Source of the DNA: Chiloscyllium plagiosum
Taxonomy: Eukaryota
Assembly (NCBI RefSeq): GCF_004010195.1
Contig: NW_025215376.1
Coordinates: forward strand, 1 to 64,000
DNA length: 64,000 bases
Direction: 5' to 3'
The translations under genes were made by a program, and so were the position numbers. Shown here piece by piece: positions 36,440 through 49,385 of the stretch; the first letter of the stretch is position 1; every line of letters begins with the position of its first letter. The notes beneath the pieces were generated by a model that did not search any database, was not told the origin of the DNA, and worked only from the letters and a program-made list of their open reading frames with translations.

Positions 36440-37255
36440 GCCAATCGCCACCAGGACAGAACCCCACTGGTCTGCACCTACCACCCCACCAACCTCCAGA
36501 TACATCGGATCATCCTTCGTCATTTCTGCCACCTCCAAACNNNNNNNNNNNNNNNNNNNNNNNNNNNNNNNNNNNNNNNNNNNNNNNNNNNNNNNNNNNN
36601 NNNNNNNNNNNNNNNNNNNNNNNNNNNNNNNNNNNNNNNNNNNNNNNNNNNNNNNNNNNNNNNNNNNNNNNNNNNNNNNNNNNNNNNNNNNNNNNNNNNN
36701 NNNNNNNNNNNNNNNNNNNNNNNNNNNNNNNNNNNNNNNNNNNNNNNNNNNNNNNNNNNNNNNNNNNNNNNNNNNNNNNNNNNNNNNNNNNNNNNNNNNN
36801 NNNNNNNNNNNNNNNNNNNNNNNNNNNNNNNNNNNNNNNNNNNNNNNNNNNNNNNNNNNNNNNNNNNNNNNNNNNNNNNNNNNNNNNNNNNNNNNNNNNN
36901 NNNNNNNNNNNNNNNNNNNNNNNNNNNNNNNNNNNNNNNNNNNNNNNNNNNNNNNNNNNNNNNNNNNNNNNNNNNNNNNNNNNNNNNNNNNNNNNNNNNN
37001 NNNNNNNNNNNNNNNNNNNNNNNNNNNNNNNNNNNNNNNNNNNNCACCTATCGCATTTCCAACGCCCCTCCCCCAAGTCCCTCCTCCCTACCTTTTATCT
37101 TAGCCTGCTGGGCACATCCTCCTCATTCCTGAAGAAGGGCTCATGCCCGACACGTCGATTCTCCTGCTCCTTGGATGCTGCCTGACCTGCTGCGCTTTTC
37201 CAGCAACACATTTTTCAGCTCTGATCTCCGGCATCTGCAGTCCTCCCTTTCTCCA
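36440..37255 (+). mobile_element. Penelope-like element 3' part (coding remnant, N-gap, terminal repeat)
   Basis: DRTPLVCTYHPTNLQIHRIILRHF resembles the Penelope RT-endonuclease linker. A terminal repeat with CTGAAGAAGGGCTCATGCCCGA follows the gap. Confidence 0.8.
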
Positions 37256-38086
37256 AGTGTCCTCTACCTGAACCGTGGGCATTCCGTGATATGCACAGCA
37301 CAACCTTGAAAGCAAGAGATTGCCCCAACTTGTGGTCAAGTTGGAACATACCAGATTACCAATTGCGTTTGCTAAACCCAGTTTTGTAAACTCACAGACC
37401 TATAATTACACTTTACTTCAGCAAAACATCAGATAGTTTAAAATAGTTTGCAAACATGTCGATTGAATAACCAAGTTATTTAGTGGGATTTTGTGGTCAG
37501 ACAGATGAACATGATGTACCAGCTGCACAGATTCCCAAAGCAGGATGAAACATCTTATAACAGTATGTTTGTCGCAAAACAAACCTTTCTCTTAGCCAGA
37601 AGGCTGAACTGGGCTATGATTATCATCAACATGTACAAGTCAGGCTCTAGGTGATACTTTTCTTAAATCTTGTTGTGGTTCAGTAAGCCCTGAGTTCGAT
37701 CTCCAATCTTCCCTTCTGCTCAGAAGGTGGTCAACTTTGTGAAATTACTGCTGCCCGGGTGCTATGGATGTTAAGTCACTGAATGAATTCAAGAGAGATT
37801 TGGATGATGATTTTTCGGTTTTCGAAAACGTCAAGAGAAAGCCGGAGTTCAGGATGAAGAGAAAGGATCAGCCATGATCGCACTGAATTGTGGAGCGGGA
37901 CCGAAGGCTGAATGACCGACCCCTGGTGCTCCTTTGAGGTCTTTATTGCCTCGTTTCTTGAAAGAAAGGCTGTTCCTTTTCTGTGGATGGCCTTGAGGAA
38001 ACAGTTCCTCCATTCCCATAAGTTGTTGTTTGAGTTCCTTCCTCTCCCAAGCAAAACAGTTCAACTGTGGTTGGGTAGGGTCACTG

Positions 38087-38390
38087 GGTGGCACGGTGGC
38101 CCAGTGGTTAGCACTGCTGCCTCACAGCGCCAGCAACCCAGGTTCGATTCCTGCCTCGAGCAACTGGAGTTTGCAAGTTCTCCCCGTGTCTGCGTGGGTT
38201 TCCTCCGGGTGCTCCGGTTTCCTCCCACAGTCCGAAGGTGTGCAGGTCAGGTGGATTGGCCGTGCTAAATTGCCCGTAGTGTTGGGTGCATTGGTCGGAG
38301 GGAGGTGGGTTTTTCTTCGGAGGGTCGGTGTGGACTTGTTGGACCGAAGGGCCTGTTTCCACACTATAGGGAATCTAATCTAAATCTAAA
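38087..38390 (+). mobile_element. HE1-type SINE
   Basis: Boxes A and B, core and tail. Confidence 0.92.
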
Positions 38391-38559
38391 ACCAATTCCC
38401 CTTTTCTGAGGGTTATGTTTCACTTGAAGACAAAGGGGAATTCTAACAGTTGACCACCTTTTCAAATCCTGAGGTTCTTGGAATAAATACAATGGCCTGA
38501 CTGGTCAAGGTTCATTCTGGGCTATTTTGAGATGTAAGTTAAAAACAATGACTGGAAAC

Positions 38560-39015
38560 CAGATTCTGGATTAGTGGTGCTGGAAAAACGCAGCAGTTTC
38601 GGCAGCATCCGAGGAGCAGGAAAGTCGACGTTTCGTGCAAAAGCCCTTCATCAGGAATAGAGGCAGAGTGCTTGAAGGGTGAAGAGATAAATGAGAGGAG
38701 GGTGGGGGTTCATTTCCACCCTAAAATGGTTTCATCATTAGCTTCCAAANNNNNNNNNNNNNNNNNNNNNNNNNNNNNNNNNNNNNNNNNNNNNNNNNNN
38801 NNNNNNNNNTGCCCTGGGGTTGAATTGTTCCGAGGCGGAAGATGAGGCGTTCTTTCTCCAGGCGTCTGGTGGTGAGGGAGCGGCGGTGAAGGAGGCCCAG
38901 GACCTCCATGTCCTCGGCAGAGTGGGAGGGGGAGTTGAAATGTTGGGCCACAGGGCGGTGTGGTTGATTGGTGCGGGTGTCCCGGAGATGTTCCCTAAAG
39001 CGCTCTGCTAGGAGG
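38560..39015 (-). mobile_element. Penelope-like element: GIY-YIG endonuclease C-terminus plus terminal repeat
   Basis: AQHFNSPSHS...RRLEKERLIFRLGTIQPQG, upstream (on the minus strand) of the terminal repeat. Confidence 0.85.
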
Positions 39016-39514
39016 CATCATGCTTAATCCCTTTACCATGAATGCAGGCTGTATACATACCGACTCCTGCTGGAGGACTGTCAACTTGCTATGTCTTCCT
39101 GAAAAACTCCTGATCCTCTAATGTAAAGAGGAGAGGATGGCAATATTCTGTAGGTTTGGACATTCCAGACTGAGTGATTCCCGATAGCTGGGAGCAGCAG
39201 GCACAGGGCAGAAACGGGTGAAGGTCACAGTCTGTAAGGCCATTGGACTTACAGCATTGAGCTGCTGGACAGATCTCTGAGCATTATATATCCAACAGAA
39301 AAACACAAACATTGTCTCAACTGCATTTTCGTTGGTAGAACTTATAACTTCACCCATTTTTAAAAATATGAGACATTTTTTAATATGGGAAGACTACTTC
39401 GCTGTTACAAAAAGCCAACTTCACAAATGTTCTGTGTAAAATATATTGCGAAAAGCAGAGAGTGATTCTTATTCAAAATATGATCATAGCGTCACCAAGC
39501 TAGTCCCTTTTTAT

Positions 39515-40121
39515 CTAAAAGATGTTCCTTGGCTCAAGAATACTCCATCCTTGATTTTTCTCAGAGGGGTAATAGACGGGGCAGGGCTCCAATTAAGTCT
39601 GGTTTGGTACAGAGATGAAAAGAATTTCAAGAGACATTTTGTTTATCTATAAACAGATGAGACGTCTGGCCAAAGTGGTCATGTTTTAGAAGTGACCTGT
39701 ATAATGATTGGGGAGTGGTCAGCTCTCTAACCGAGTTTTAGTTCAGTCTTGAACTGGTTGGGAGTTCAACAGGGAGCTGTGTGGAAACTCTCTCTCTCTC
39801 TTTTCTGCCCTTCAAGTTTAACCTCTAAGCATGTGTTCCATTTATACTGGTTTTTAAAGGGAGTTTGCTTATAGGGACCGTTGTGTATATTCAGAACAGC
39901 ATCTTTAAATCTAGTTTGGATTGACTGCGTTCTTTAGGCATTCTTTGTGTTCCCTTGTGCTAAATAGTGAATAAATTTCTGTCTGTTTTAAAATCTAGTA
40001 GTCAACCTCGCTAACTTAATCCGGGTAACTTTCACTGTACACTTACTGAAACAAATTGCAAAGTTACAGTCTGAGCTGCCTGGTTAAGAATGTTTTGAGT
40101 GTTCTGGCCTAGTCAAGAACA
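39515..40121. mobile_element. Solo LTR, inverted relative of 18599-19244
   Basis: Ends in TTTTGAGT...TGGCCTAGTCAAGAACA and begins with TCCTTGATTTTTCTCAG, both reverse matches to the 18599 element. Confidence 0.65.
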
Positions 40122-40845
40122 GTAGGGATTCTATGATTTTGAACATAATGTATTGGGGTACTGGGAACTGATGAGTTGTGGTGATTCTTCTGATGAGGTG
40201 GGAGTGGGATTTGGTGAGCCTGACGTTAGACAGCAGTGCTTTAGATCAATTGACATGGATGGGAGGTGAGAGATAAGATCACTACTAATATCGAGAAGGA
40301 GAGACAGAGTCAAGAGCTGAAAGAGTTCTGATTTGACTGTCGTAGTTTATGTAGAATGAGCAGGCAATCACTTTCAGAGAAATAGGTTTGAGCAGGAGGG
40401 CAAATGGAAATATTGTCAATCCTCTGACATTACACTCAGCTATTCACAGCCTGCAATGCTGAATGTGGACTTAATCTGTTGCCATTGAAAGGATTCACTA
40501 TTGTAAATGGCAAACTTCAGCACAGAGGGAATGTTGGGGTCCCTGGGTTGAATAATAACAGAATAGAGAAATCACTAGCATTTATAATTGTTTCGACAAT
40601 ACTGAATTTTGCTCTGTATAATACAGGAAAACTGTGAAGGAAAGTTGTTCATTGCTGTTCTGAACTGATGCCAGCTTCATTACTGAGATAGCCCCAAGCA
40701 ATAACTCCTGAACCATAAAATGTTTGTGTTTTATCCACCTGATCAATTATGTCAGAGACAAATCTGGTGAGGTAATGCATTTGTTCAATTTTTTGGAAAT
40801 AATCTCAATGATGAGGGGCATAACCATGTCAGCGAAGACTTATTC

Positions 40846-40856
40846 TATATATAAAG
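40846..40856 (+). promoter_or_regulatory. Candidate TATA box of the GPCR gene
   Basis: TATATATAAAG ~80 nt upstream of ATG 40936. Confidence 0.6.
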
Positions 40857-40935
40857 ACCTATCAGAGTGGATCAGCTTAGAGACCTTGTCAGAACCTTGG
40901 ATTCAAACGAACAGTAATCACTGTCTTTCACAGAA

Positions 40936-41005
40936 ATGGGCTATTCTGTATTATGGGAGATAAGACGTGTTTATTACCCTTTAATTTCAGCTGTTGGAGT
41001 TCCTG
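40936..41005 (+). CDS. GPR139/GPR142-like GPCR, coding exon 1 (MGYSVLWEIRRVYYPLISAVGVP)
   Basis: ATG in an AAATGG context and a CTG|GTAAG phase-1 donor. Splicing to 43188 gives an in-frame TM1, YYPLISAVGVPVNLVAIVIL. Confidence 0.85.
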
Positions 41006-41264
41006 GTAAGGTATTATCACAGTTAATAATGATGTAAATCTATTGTTGCTGTTCTCAACGTTGCTTTTGACTGTTTCAGACAGCCACCTGTCAAGTTCCA
41101 GTCATTGCATTAGACAATGTTTGCGGCTGTTTCAGTTTTGACTGTAGGTTTTATATTGTACTTGTCTTCATTGATCAATTGCTGGTATTATTATGGGGGT
41201 TATACCCTTTCCTGGATGTATTGGGATAGGATATCTGGGTTAAGAGCAGGAATCAGACCACTTG

Positions 41265-41522
41265 GATGTGTGTGCTTGCATGAATTTCATAATATGCATG
41301 TGTGAGCGTGTGCTTAAGCAAGTGCATGTGTGTGTGCACGCACATATATGTGAGTGTGTGATTGAATATGTGTGTGTGTATGCTTTTGTCTGTGCATGAA
41401 CGTGTGTGTTGTATGAATGTATGTGTCTGCATTACTGTTTGTGTGTGTGTCTGTGTATGTATGAATGTACACGCATGTGTCAGTGTGTGAGTATGTGAAT
41501 GTGACTGTGTTGGGTGTGTGTA
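41265..41522. repeat. Degenerate (GT)n microsatellite in the GPCR intron
   Basis: TG-rich low-complexity tract. Confidence 0.9.
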
Positions 41523-43187
41523 CCGCTCCTTTAGAAGTCTAGTGAACTGATCTGCTGACTCTTCCACACTTCCTTCTCGGCTTCCCCTTGTATTCTTTCA
41601 ATATTGTGGAAATAATTGATAAAATTATGCATACTGTTTCAGTTGGCATTGAACACTTTGTAATCAAGCGTCCTTTCTTTATATCTTTGGGTTACGAGTC
41701 TCAACAACAAAGTCTGGAATTACAAGTCTAATAATGAGCATGAAACTATCACCAGTTTGAAACAGCAATCTGATTCACTAACGTTCTTTGGGGGAGGAAA
41801 CTGCCATCTTTATCTGGTTGGGACTACACATGACTCCAGAACAAGATGGTTGACTCTTGTCTGCGTTCTGGGCAATTAGGGATGCACAATAAACGCTAGT
41901 CTAGTTGGTGATGCCCACATCCTGTGAATGAATTAAAAATATATATATATTTGGATAAACAAAGAATTACACCTTCTGCTGCTTACGATGGTAAAAGTGG
42001 TCATGGATCATTGTCAGGCTACAGACCTCTTTGCAATGATCCTGATAAAATGTGGAAATATTTCTCTTATTCCATAGGGGAGGTTGTCCTCGTTCGTGGA
42101 ATTGCAGTGATGGATAACTTTCTTGAAATCCTTGATCACAGATTGTATTGCAGGTTGTGTAAGTTCCTGCAAGAAGAGTAGATTTGGAAGATTCATAAAC
42201 CCTATGTGTATGAGTTCAGAACAAAGAGTGTGCAAATCCAAAACTCCTGGCCAAGGGAGGAAGCACAAAATGAATCCATAAAATCAGGATTCTGCAAGGA
42301 AAAAGATGGGAAATGATAATCAAAGGCTGGATATTGGAGTGGGTGATTTTTAAGTGGGTGTTTTCACTGTTTCTGTTAGTTTCTGTTTCTGCTTCTGCAG
42401 TGAATTGGTCAGATAGTGCACATATCTCTACTGACAGTTTCAGATAAAGAGGGTCCAGGTTTATGCATACAGTCAAGAATGAAGGGTAGGAGACTAGCAA
42501 GCCTCGGGAAATGCACCATCATTTCAAAGAACATTTGTACAGAGCACTGTTTAACTTGAACTTGTTATTTGACATGAATGGGAGACCAAAACATTGTGGG
42601 AAAGGGGATGCCAGAGGAAATGTTGAAAGAGTGCTGACAGATATTATGGCTCTAATTGGTCCCATATATGTTAAATGGTCTGCCTGGTAAGTTTAACTCA
42701 AAAATTAGACTTACTGCAATTTTCCTGTAACCTCATGCATAACTTATGTCAACTGCACTTTACTTGTTAACATAAACATGAGAAGAATAGGAAATCTTGT
42801 AAATTTATTGTTCATTGGATTGCTCATTAGCTTTAGTTATTTTGTTTTATTCAACATAGGTCATAACACTGAACAATGTAAAATCTGAGGAGAAAAAGCT
42901 TCAACAATTTGGAGGATTTCTGGAAGACCCTCTTGATTGTTTTTACTCTGTGCATTGCAGATTAAATGAAAAGTATGCAGGAACAGGTGGAAACTTGGAG
43001 GAATGGAAACACAAAAGTTGGAGATCACTGAACACACTGAGGCATTCACAGAGATTTCAACAATAAATACACTGTTTGGTTATAATTATTGGACGTTGGA
43101 CTGGTGGGTTGGGTGCAGGATGTAAAAACTAAATTAACTAACAAATTTCTCATTGTGATTCCTTTTCTCTCTTCTTCTCTTGGCTAG

Positions 43188-44110
43188 TTAACCTGGTGGC
43201 GATTGTGATCCTATGCCGAGGAAGGTGTGGTCTCTCGCAATGTATAACTTGCTACCTTGTAGGAATGGCAGCCTCTGATCTTCTTGTTGTTATCACTGAT
43301 CCTATACTGAGATGGTCAGCCTCAATTTATTTTGCAAATTCCTTCATATTCATTACTCCTGTCTGTATTGCCATTTATTTTTCAGCTTTTGCAGCCACTG
43401 TTGTTTCTGTGTGGCTCACAGTTGCTTTCACCGTGGATCGATTTGTGGCCATTTGTTGCGAGAAGCTGAAAACAAAATATTGCACCAAGAAAACTGCGAC
43501 TGTGGTTATAGCAACAGTGAGCCTGCTGGGCTGTTTGGAGTCTGTCCCTTGGTGCTTTGCAAAAGAACCAGAATACGTAATTGGTAATGTTCCCTGGAAC
43601 TGTATCACTAAACAAAGCTTCTATACATCCCCTGGATGGGCTGCGTTAGAACTGATTCATTACATTTTAACACCTTGTATCCCTTTCTTTTTAATTCTGC
43701 TGCTCAATGTTTTGACAGTCAGACACATTTCAGTAGCAAGTAAAGTTCGAAGAGGACTCCGGGCCAAAAGCTACAGAGATGAGCACAATGATCCAGAGAT
43801 GGAGAGTCGCAGGAAATCCATTATTTTACTCTTGAGCATTTCAGGCAGTTTCATCCTGTTATGGGTGTTACACATTGCGTACATCATTTACCGGCGAATT
43901 GCAGATATGCAACTGTCTTACTCTGATACTGACCTTAACTTCATCATAGACCGCACATCAAAGATGTTGCAAGTACTCAGTACTTGCACTAACACGGGTA
44001 TTTATGTTGTGACCCAGACTAAATTCAGAGAGGAGCTGAAGAACGGGGTGAAATACCCATTCAATCTCATCATTAGAATTCTGTCACGAGTCACAGGGAC
44101 ACGCTTGTAA
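43188..44110 (+). CDS. GPR139/GPR142-like class A GPCR, coding exon 2; spliced product 330 aa
   Basis: Pyrimidine tract with TAG acceptor at 43185-43187 and an intact ORF with seven hydrophobic helices. Motifs: YLVGMAASDLL (TM2), SVWLTVAFTVDRFVAIC (TM3), TPCIPF (TM5), FILLW (TM6), NTGIY and KFREEL (TM7/helix 8). Confidence 0.92.
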
Positions 44111-44454
44111 CCTTCTCCCTTCTTTTTGTCTCTCTCAGCACCGAACAATCTAGACCCACAAATAGTTGACAATTTCCGTCAGTTGGAATCTCTTTACATT
44201 GTGTACAAATATACATACACACTCCTTAGATACTTTGAACACTATCTGGAATATCTTTGTGCTGGCTGTGTCCTCCCTGCAATACAAGTGTTGGTTTACC
44301 ATAAGATAAAAGAGTAATACTTCCAAATGTTTATCTCCTGAATATCAAGGAGCAGACAAGATAAGGAGAAGATAAGATAAGAAAGGGAAGATTTCTTCAG
44401 GTGTTGAAAGTGCAATATTGCAGAATGCCTGGTGGGTTGAACACAAGACAGAAA

Positions 44455-45105
44455 TAGAAACATAGAAAGGAGGGACAAGAGTAATCCATCTGCCCTTAGA
44501 ATCTACTCTGATGTCATTATAATCATGACTGATCATCCTGCATAGTATCCTCTTCCTGCTTTCTTCCCATCCCCTTTAACCCTGTTAGCTCCAAAGAACT
44601 GTATCTGACTCCATCTTGAAAGCATCTGAAGTTTTGGCCTTGACCATTTTCTGTGGCAGAGAATTCCACAGGCTCATCACTCTCTGAGGGGCGGTAATGG
44701 CTGAGTGGTGTTATCGCTGGATTGCCAATCCAGAGACCCAGGTAATGTTCTAGGGACCAAAGTTTGAACTCCGCCATGGAAGATGGTGGAATTTGGATTC
44801 AATAAAATATCTGGAACTTTTGCCCAAAATGTCGATTCTTCTGCTCCTCGGATACTGCCTGACCTGCTGTGTTTTTCCAGCACCACACTTTTGCCTATGA
44901 AGAGTCTAATGTTGACCATAAATCTATTGTCAATTGTGGGAAAACCCAATCTGGTTCACTGACATCCTTTAGGTAAGGAAACTGCCATCCTTTCCTGGTC
45001 TGGCCTACATGTGACTCCAGACCCACAGCAATGTGGTTGACTCTCAACTTAGGGATGAGCAATAAGTGATGGCCAGTGACACCCTCATCCATGAATGCTT
45101 TAAAA
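44455..45105. mobile_element. CR1 tail (-) plus a family-2 SINE (~44690-45105, +) containing a Penelope repeat fragment (~44815-44890)
   Basis: Matches to 14965-15315 and to the Penelope terminal repeat. Confidence 0.75.
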
Positions 45106-45586
45106 AAAACTCCTTCTCTTGGGATGATACTATGAAAGAGATGAGGAAAACGAAGAAAACGTCTGAGGAAGAAATCTCCAATTAAAGTGAAGGACAAAAC
45201 AAATATGACCCTACAATATCAGGGGCCAAAGTTTCCAGTTTTGAGATCGCTAGATGGGAGGGTAGGTCAGACATAGGTAGTGGGATCCTATGGAAGTTCT
45301 GCTATTCCTAAGAACAATGACAGTCTGGGAATCATTGCTGCTGCTTAGATGATCCAGGTTATGTCTGAAATCTTCCAGCCCCAGGATCACTGCAGATCAG
45401 ATGCATGACTCAAAATTTGAATTAGGTCACGTGCATATTGCTTTCGTGTTGACCTCCAGGGCAAGTTTTAGAACTGTGGCAAATGGTGAAAGACTCTAAA
45501 TCTGAGTTTGACAAGTCTGTGGTGATGACTCAGACAAATGATGGATGGGAAACTTTAGTCTAATGCTGGGATTGACTGCAGAACAA

Positions 45587-46195
45587 TGTTATGGACCAGT
45601 CAGGACCCCCTCAAAACACTTCCAGAAGGTAGCCCAGATGCTAACTGAATGAGCTGTTTTATATGGGGGATATTCCAGTGATGCAACTGGTCAAACCACT
45701 CGGCTTCAAGTCAAACAGAATTTATTTAAACATTATGGATGAAACCCGAACAAAAAAAAACATAATTTACAATGGCAACTTATTTGAGTGACTCTATCGC
45801 AACTTAACAGCGCTGTTCAAATCCTTGCGACACCCTGTAAACACACCCCCTGGCAAAAGGTAAGTTCAAACGCAGCATCATACACGCAGCAAAGAATTCC
45901 CAGAGAATGTTCAAGTAACACCTCGGTTGAAACATGGAAACTCCTTTCACTGGAGCTGCTCCTCCAGGTTCCCAGCTGAAAACAAACTAATCCAGGAATA
46001 AAACCCCGAACTGCTCACTCCAGTTTCATTGCACATTGTTTTTTTTTTAAAATAAAAAAAATCTAAAAGCCTTTCTCTGACTGTTGCTTCAGGCAGTGTC
46101 TATTGGCTATTCCAGACACATCGCAACCTCTGCCTTTTACAACCCCTCTCAAAATAAACCGAGGACAACATAGCATTGTTAAAGCAGTGCATTCC
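45587..46195. mobile_element. Solo LTR, same family as 18599-19244
   Basis: Starts TGTTATGGACC and shares AAACAGAATTTATTT and AAACACCCCCTGGCAAA. The right end is uncertain. Confidence 0.72.
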
Positions 46196-46691
46196 AGCCA
46201 GCACTACACTCAATCCCAGCTCAACCTGACAACTCCTGACCACAAACGTGATGATGACTATTCCTTTACGGAAGATAATTGGCCAATGATGATCAGTAAT
46301 AGTTTCAAAATCCAAGGGCAATTAAAATTCACTAATAAATTGAACATTGCTGAATGAAAATTAAAATCAATAACAAAATAAGTAGACTAAGCTATTGATT
46401 GGAATGTAGTTTTGACCATTAGTGGTCACAATAGCAAGGTTAAGGCAGAAGAGAATTAGTGACAGGCTTACATATATTACTGGGAACAGTAATAGCCCCC
46501 AGAACCAGATGGCATGTGTACATTAGGGATTAATTTACTTGACACAACATGTTCCCTGTGCAGAATCAAGGACTTTTGTTAGTTTTTTATATGTGCAATC
46601 CGTCTGAATATGGTGCCAATTTGTTTATTTCTTTTTATTTATTCCTGAGTGATACCTCAGCTGAGGTAAATATTGAATGCATCTCATTAGT

Positions 46692-46954
46692 GAGGAGCAG
46701 GAGAATCGACGTTTTGGGCATAAGCCCTTCTTCCTGAAGGGCCCTTCTCTCACACACTCTCTCTCTCACACTCACTCTCACTCTCTCTCTCTCTCACACA
46801 CTCTGACACTCTCACTCTCTCTCTTCCTGAAGAAGGGCTTATGCCCGAAACGTCGATTCTCCTGCCCCTTGGACGCTGCCTGGCCTGCTGCGCTTTTCCA
46901 GCAACACATTTTTCAGCTCTGATCTCCGGCATCCGCAGTCCTCACTTTCTCCGA
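46692..46954. mobile_element. Penelope inverted terminal-repeat cassette with a CT/CA microsatellite spacer
   Basis: 12-bp duplication CATCTCATTAGT at 46680 and 46955. Intact hammerhead motif at ~46824-46858. Confidence 0.82.
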
Positions 46955-47356
46955 CATCTCATTAGTCACAGACATTACTTACTAGTGAATGAACTCTTCT
47001 AATAAATGAAAAGGCCATGTCTTGTTTCCTTTGATTTTTGCTTTTTTAAAATTGTGGGATGAAATGAGAAATAAAAAACTGTTTTAAACTCTATTTTAAA
47101 GGTTGACTGCATAATTGGAAAAGTGATTAATCTGTCAGTCATTACAATCATCATGTGAAAGCTATTTGAACAGATAGCAACTGATGATTGGGTTGTGGAT
47201 GGGTTACAGCTGAGGTGTTCTGTGCACAGAAGAAAGTGGGTAACAACAAGATGTGAATTGAATTAGAGTTAGAATTGCCTTTGGTGTGCACTCAAGAAGA
47301 GGAATTCAGGAGCACAATGAAAAGTGTACAGAGTCATCATTATAGATGTACCATGG

Positions 47357-47976
47357 TGTTAAGGACCAGGCCAGACTCCCTCATAACATTTTAAATAGTA
47401 GCCCAGAACTGAACAATTTTATGTTGTTTTAGGTAGATCTAAGTTGGATATGCCAGAAGTGATACAGCTGGTCAAGCCACTCAGTTTTAAACAAAAACAG
47501 AATTTATTTACACACTATGAAACAAAAGAGAACTGAATATAAAGTGACTCAACCTCTCTGAAAATCCAACCGACTCTATTGCAACTTAATAATGCTGTTC
47601 CAATTTCCTACATTCCAATAAAAACACTCCTTGGCAAAAAAAAAAAGATAAACTCAATCCCAGATTGTTACAGAAGAGATGTTAGAGAGAGGGAGAATCA
47701 GCCAGGGATCATTTGCTGAAGCATGGGACCTTCTCTCACTATAGCTGCTACTCAATCCCCAGCAGTGTCTATACCAAGCTGGAAAAAATCCCTGAACTGG
47801 GAGCACTGGCCACTCCCCTTTCATTGTACAACAGTTCAAAAAAGAACGCAAAGACTTACCTTAATTGTTGACTTTGACAGTCTCTGGTAGCCATTTTGGC
47901 ACCTGTGCCTTTTATGACCCCACTCAAAAAAAAACCAAGGATAGAATAACCTTGTTAAAGGGGCAGTATCATCACA
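47357..47976. mobile_element. Solo LTR, same family as 18599-19244
   Basis: TGTT...CACA termini and shared GGGAGCACTGGCCACTCCCCTTTCATTGT. The flanks ATGG/AGGG are an imperfect target duplication. Confidence 0.8.
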
Positions 47977-47984
47977 AGGGAAAG

Positions 47985-49385
47985 TATTCTATCTGGATGC
48001 ATCATGACTTTGTATGGCAACTGCTCTGCCCAGGACCATAAGAAACGACAGAGAATTGTAGTCATCATGCAAGCCAACCTTCCATATATTGACTCTATCT
48101 AAACTGCTAGCTTCCTCGGGTAGGCAGCTAACATAATCAAAGACCCCTCCCATCCCAGTTATAGTTACTTCCAACCTCTTCCATCAGATGTAAGACACAA
48201 AAGCTCGAACACATCTATCAACTGATTCAAGATCAACTTTTCCTCACTGTTTTCAGACATCTGAATGGACCTCTCAAATGTTAAACTTACATGTAGATCT
48301 GACTCTCTGTGCACCTCCTCTTCAGCTGTAACATTGTATTCCTCGCTGTGTTCTTTGTATGGTATGATCTGGAGGTGTAGTGGACAGTGAAGAAGGTTAC
48401 CTCAGATTACAACAGGATCTTGACCAGATGGGCCAATGGGCTGAGAAGTGGCAGATGGAGTTTAATTCAGATAAATGCGAGGTGCTGCATTTTGGGAAAG
48501 CAAATCTTAGCAGGACTTATACACTTAATGGTAAAGTCCTACGAAGTGTTGCTGAACAAAGAGACCTTGGAGTGCAGGTTCATAGCTCCTTGAAAGTAGA
48601 GTCGCAGGTAGATAGGATAGTGAAGAAGGCATTTGGTATGCTTTCCTTTATTGGTCAGAGTATTGAGTACAGGAGTTGGGTGGTTATGTTGTGGCTGTAC
48701 AGGACATTGGTTAGGCCACTGTTGGAATATTGTGTACAATTCTGGTCTCCTTCCTATTGGAAAGATGTTGTGAAACTTGAAAGGGTTCAGAAAAGATTTA
48801 CAAGGATGTTGCCAGGGTTGGAGGATTTGAGTTATAGGCAGAGGCTAAACAGGCTGGGGCTGTTTTCCCTGGAGCGTCGGAGGCTGAGGGGTGACCTTAT
48901 AGAGGTTTACAAAATTATGAGAGGCATGGATAGGGTAAGTAGACAAAGTTTTTTTCCTGGTGTCGGGGAGTCCAGAACTAGAGGGCATAGGTTTAGGGTG
49001 AGAGGGGAAAGATATAAAAGAGAACTAAGGGGCAATATTTTCACACAGAGGGTCGTACGTATATGGAATGAGCTGCCAGAGGAAGTGGTGGGGGCTGGTA
49101 CAATTACAACATTAAAGAGGCATCTTGATGGGTACATGAATAAGAAGGGGTTGGAGGGATATGGCAGGTGCTGGGACAGCATGGAATAAGGTGCTGGCAG
49201 GTGGGACTAGATTGGGTTGGGATATCTGGTCCACATGCTTGAGTTGGACTGAAAGGTCTGTTTCCATACTGTACATCTCTCTGACTCTATGACTCTATGA
49301 TCTGCCTGTACTGCACACAAAACAAAACATTTCACTGTACCTAGGTACATGTGACAATATAAATCAAATTGAATCAAATCAAATT
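47985..49385 (+). mobile_element. Rex1/Babar 3' fragment interrupted by a CR1
   Basis: TCTATCTGGATGCATCATGACTTTGTATGGCAACTG matches the 34780-35245 family. It resumes after 49296 and ends in (AAATC)n. Confidence 0.7.
48372..49295 (+). mobile_element. Young 5'-truncated CR1 LINE
   Basis: Uninterrupted 269-aa ORF2 C-terminus, (GACTCTAT)n tail, and the duplication TATGATCTG at 48363 and 49296. Confidence 0.96.

Noticed and set aside
36329..37185. Long ORFs across N-gaps (also 16851-17549)
   Set aside because: Their length comes from Ns.
40540..40549. Olf/EBF-like site TCCCTGGG upstream of the GPCR
   Set aside because: A short imperfect match expected by chance, so it is no evidence of olfactory expression.
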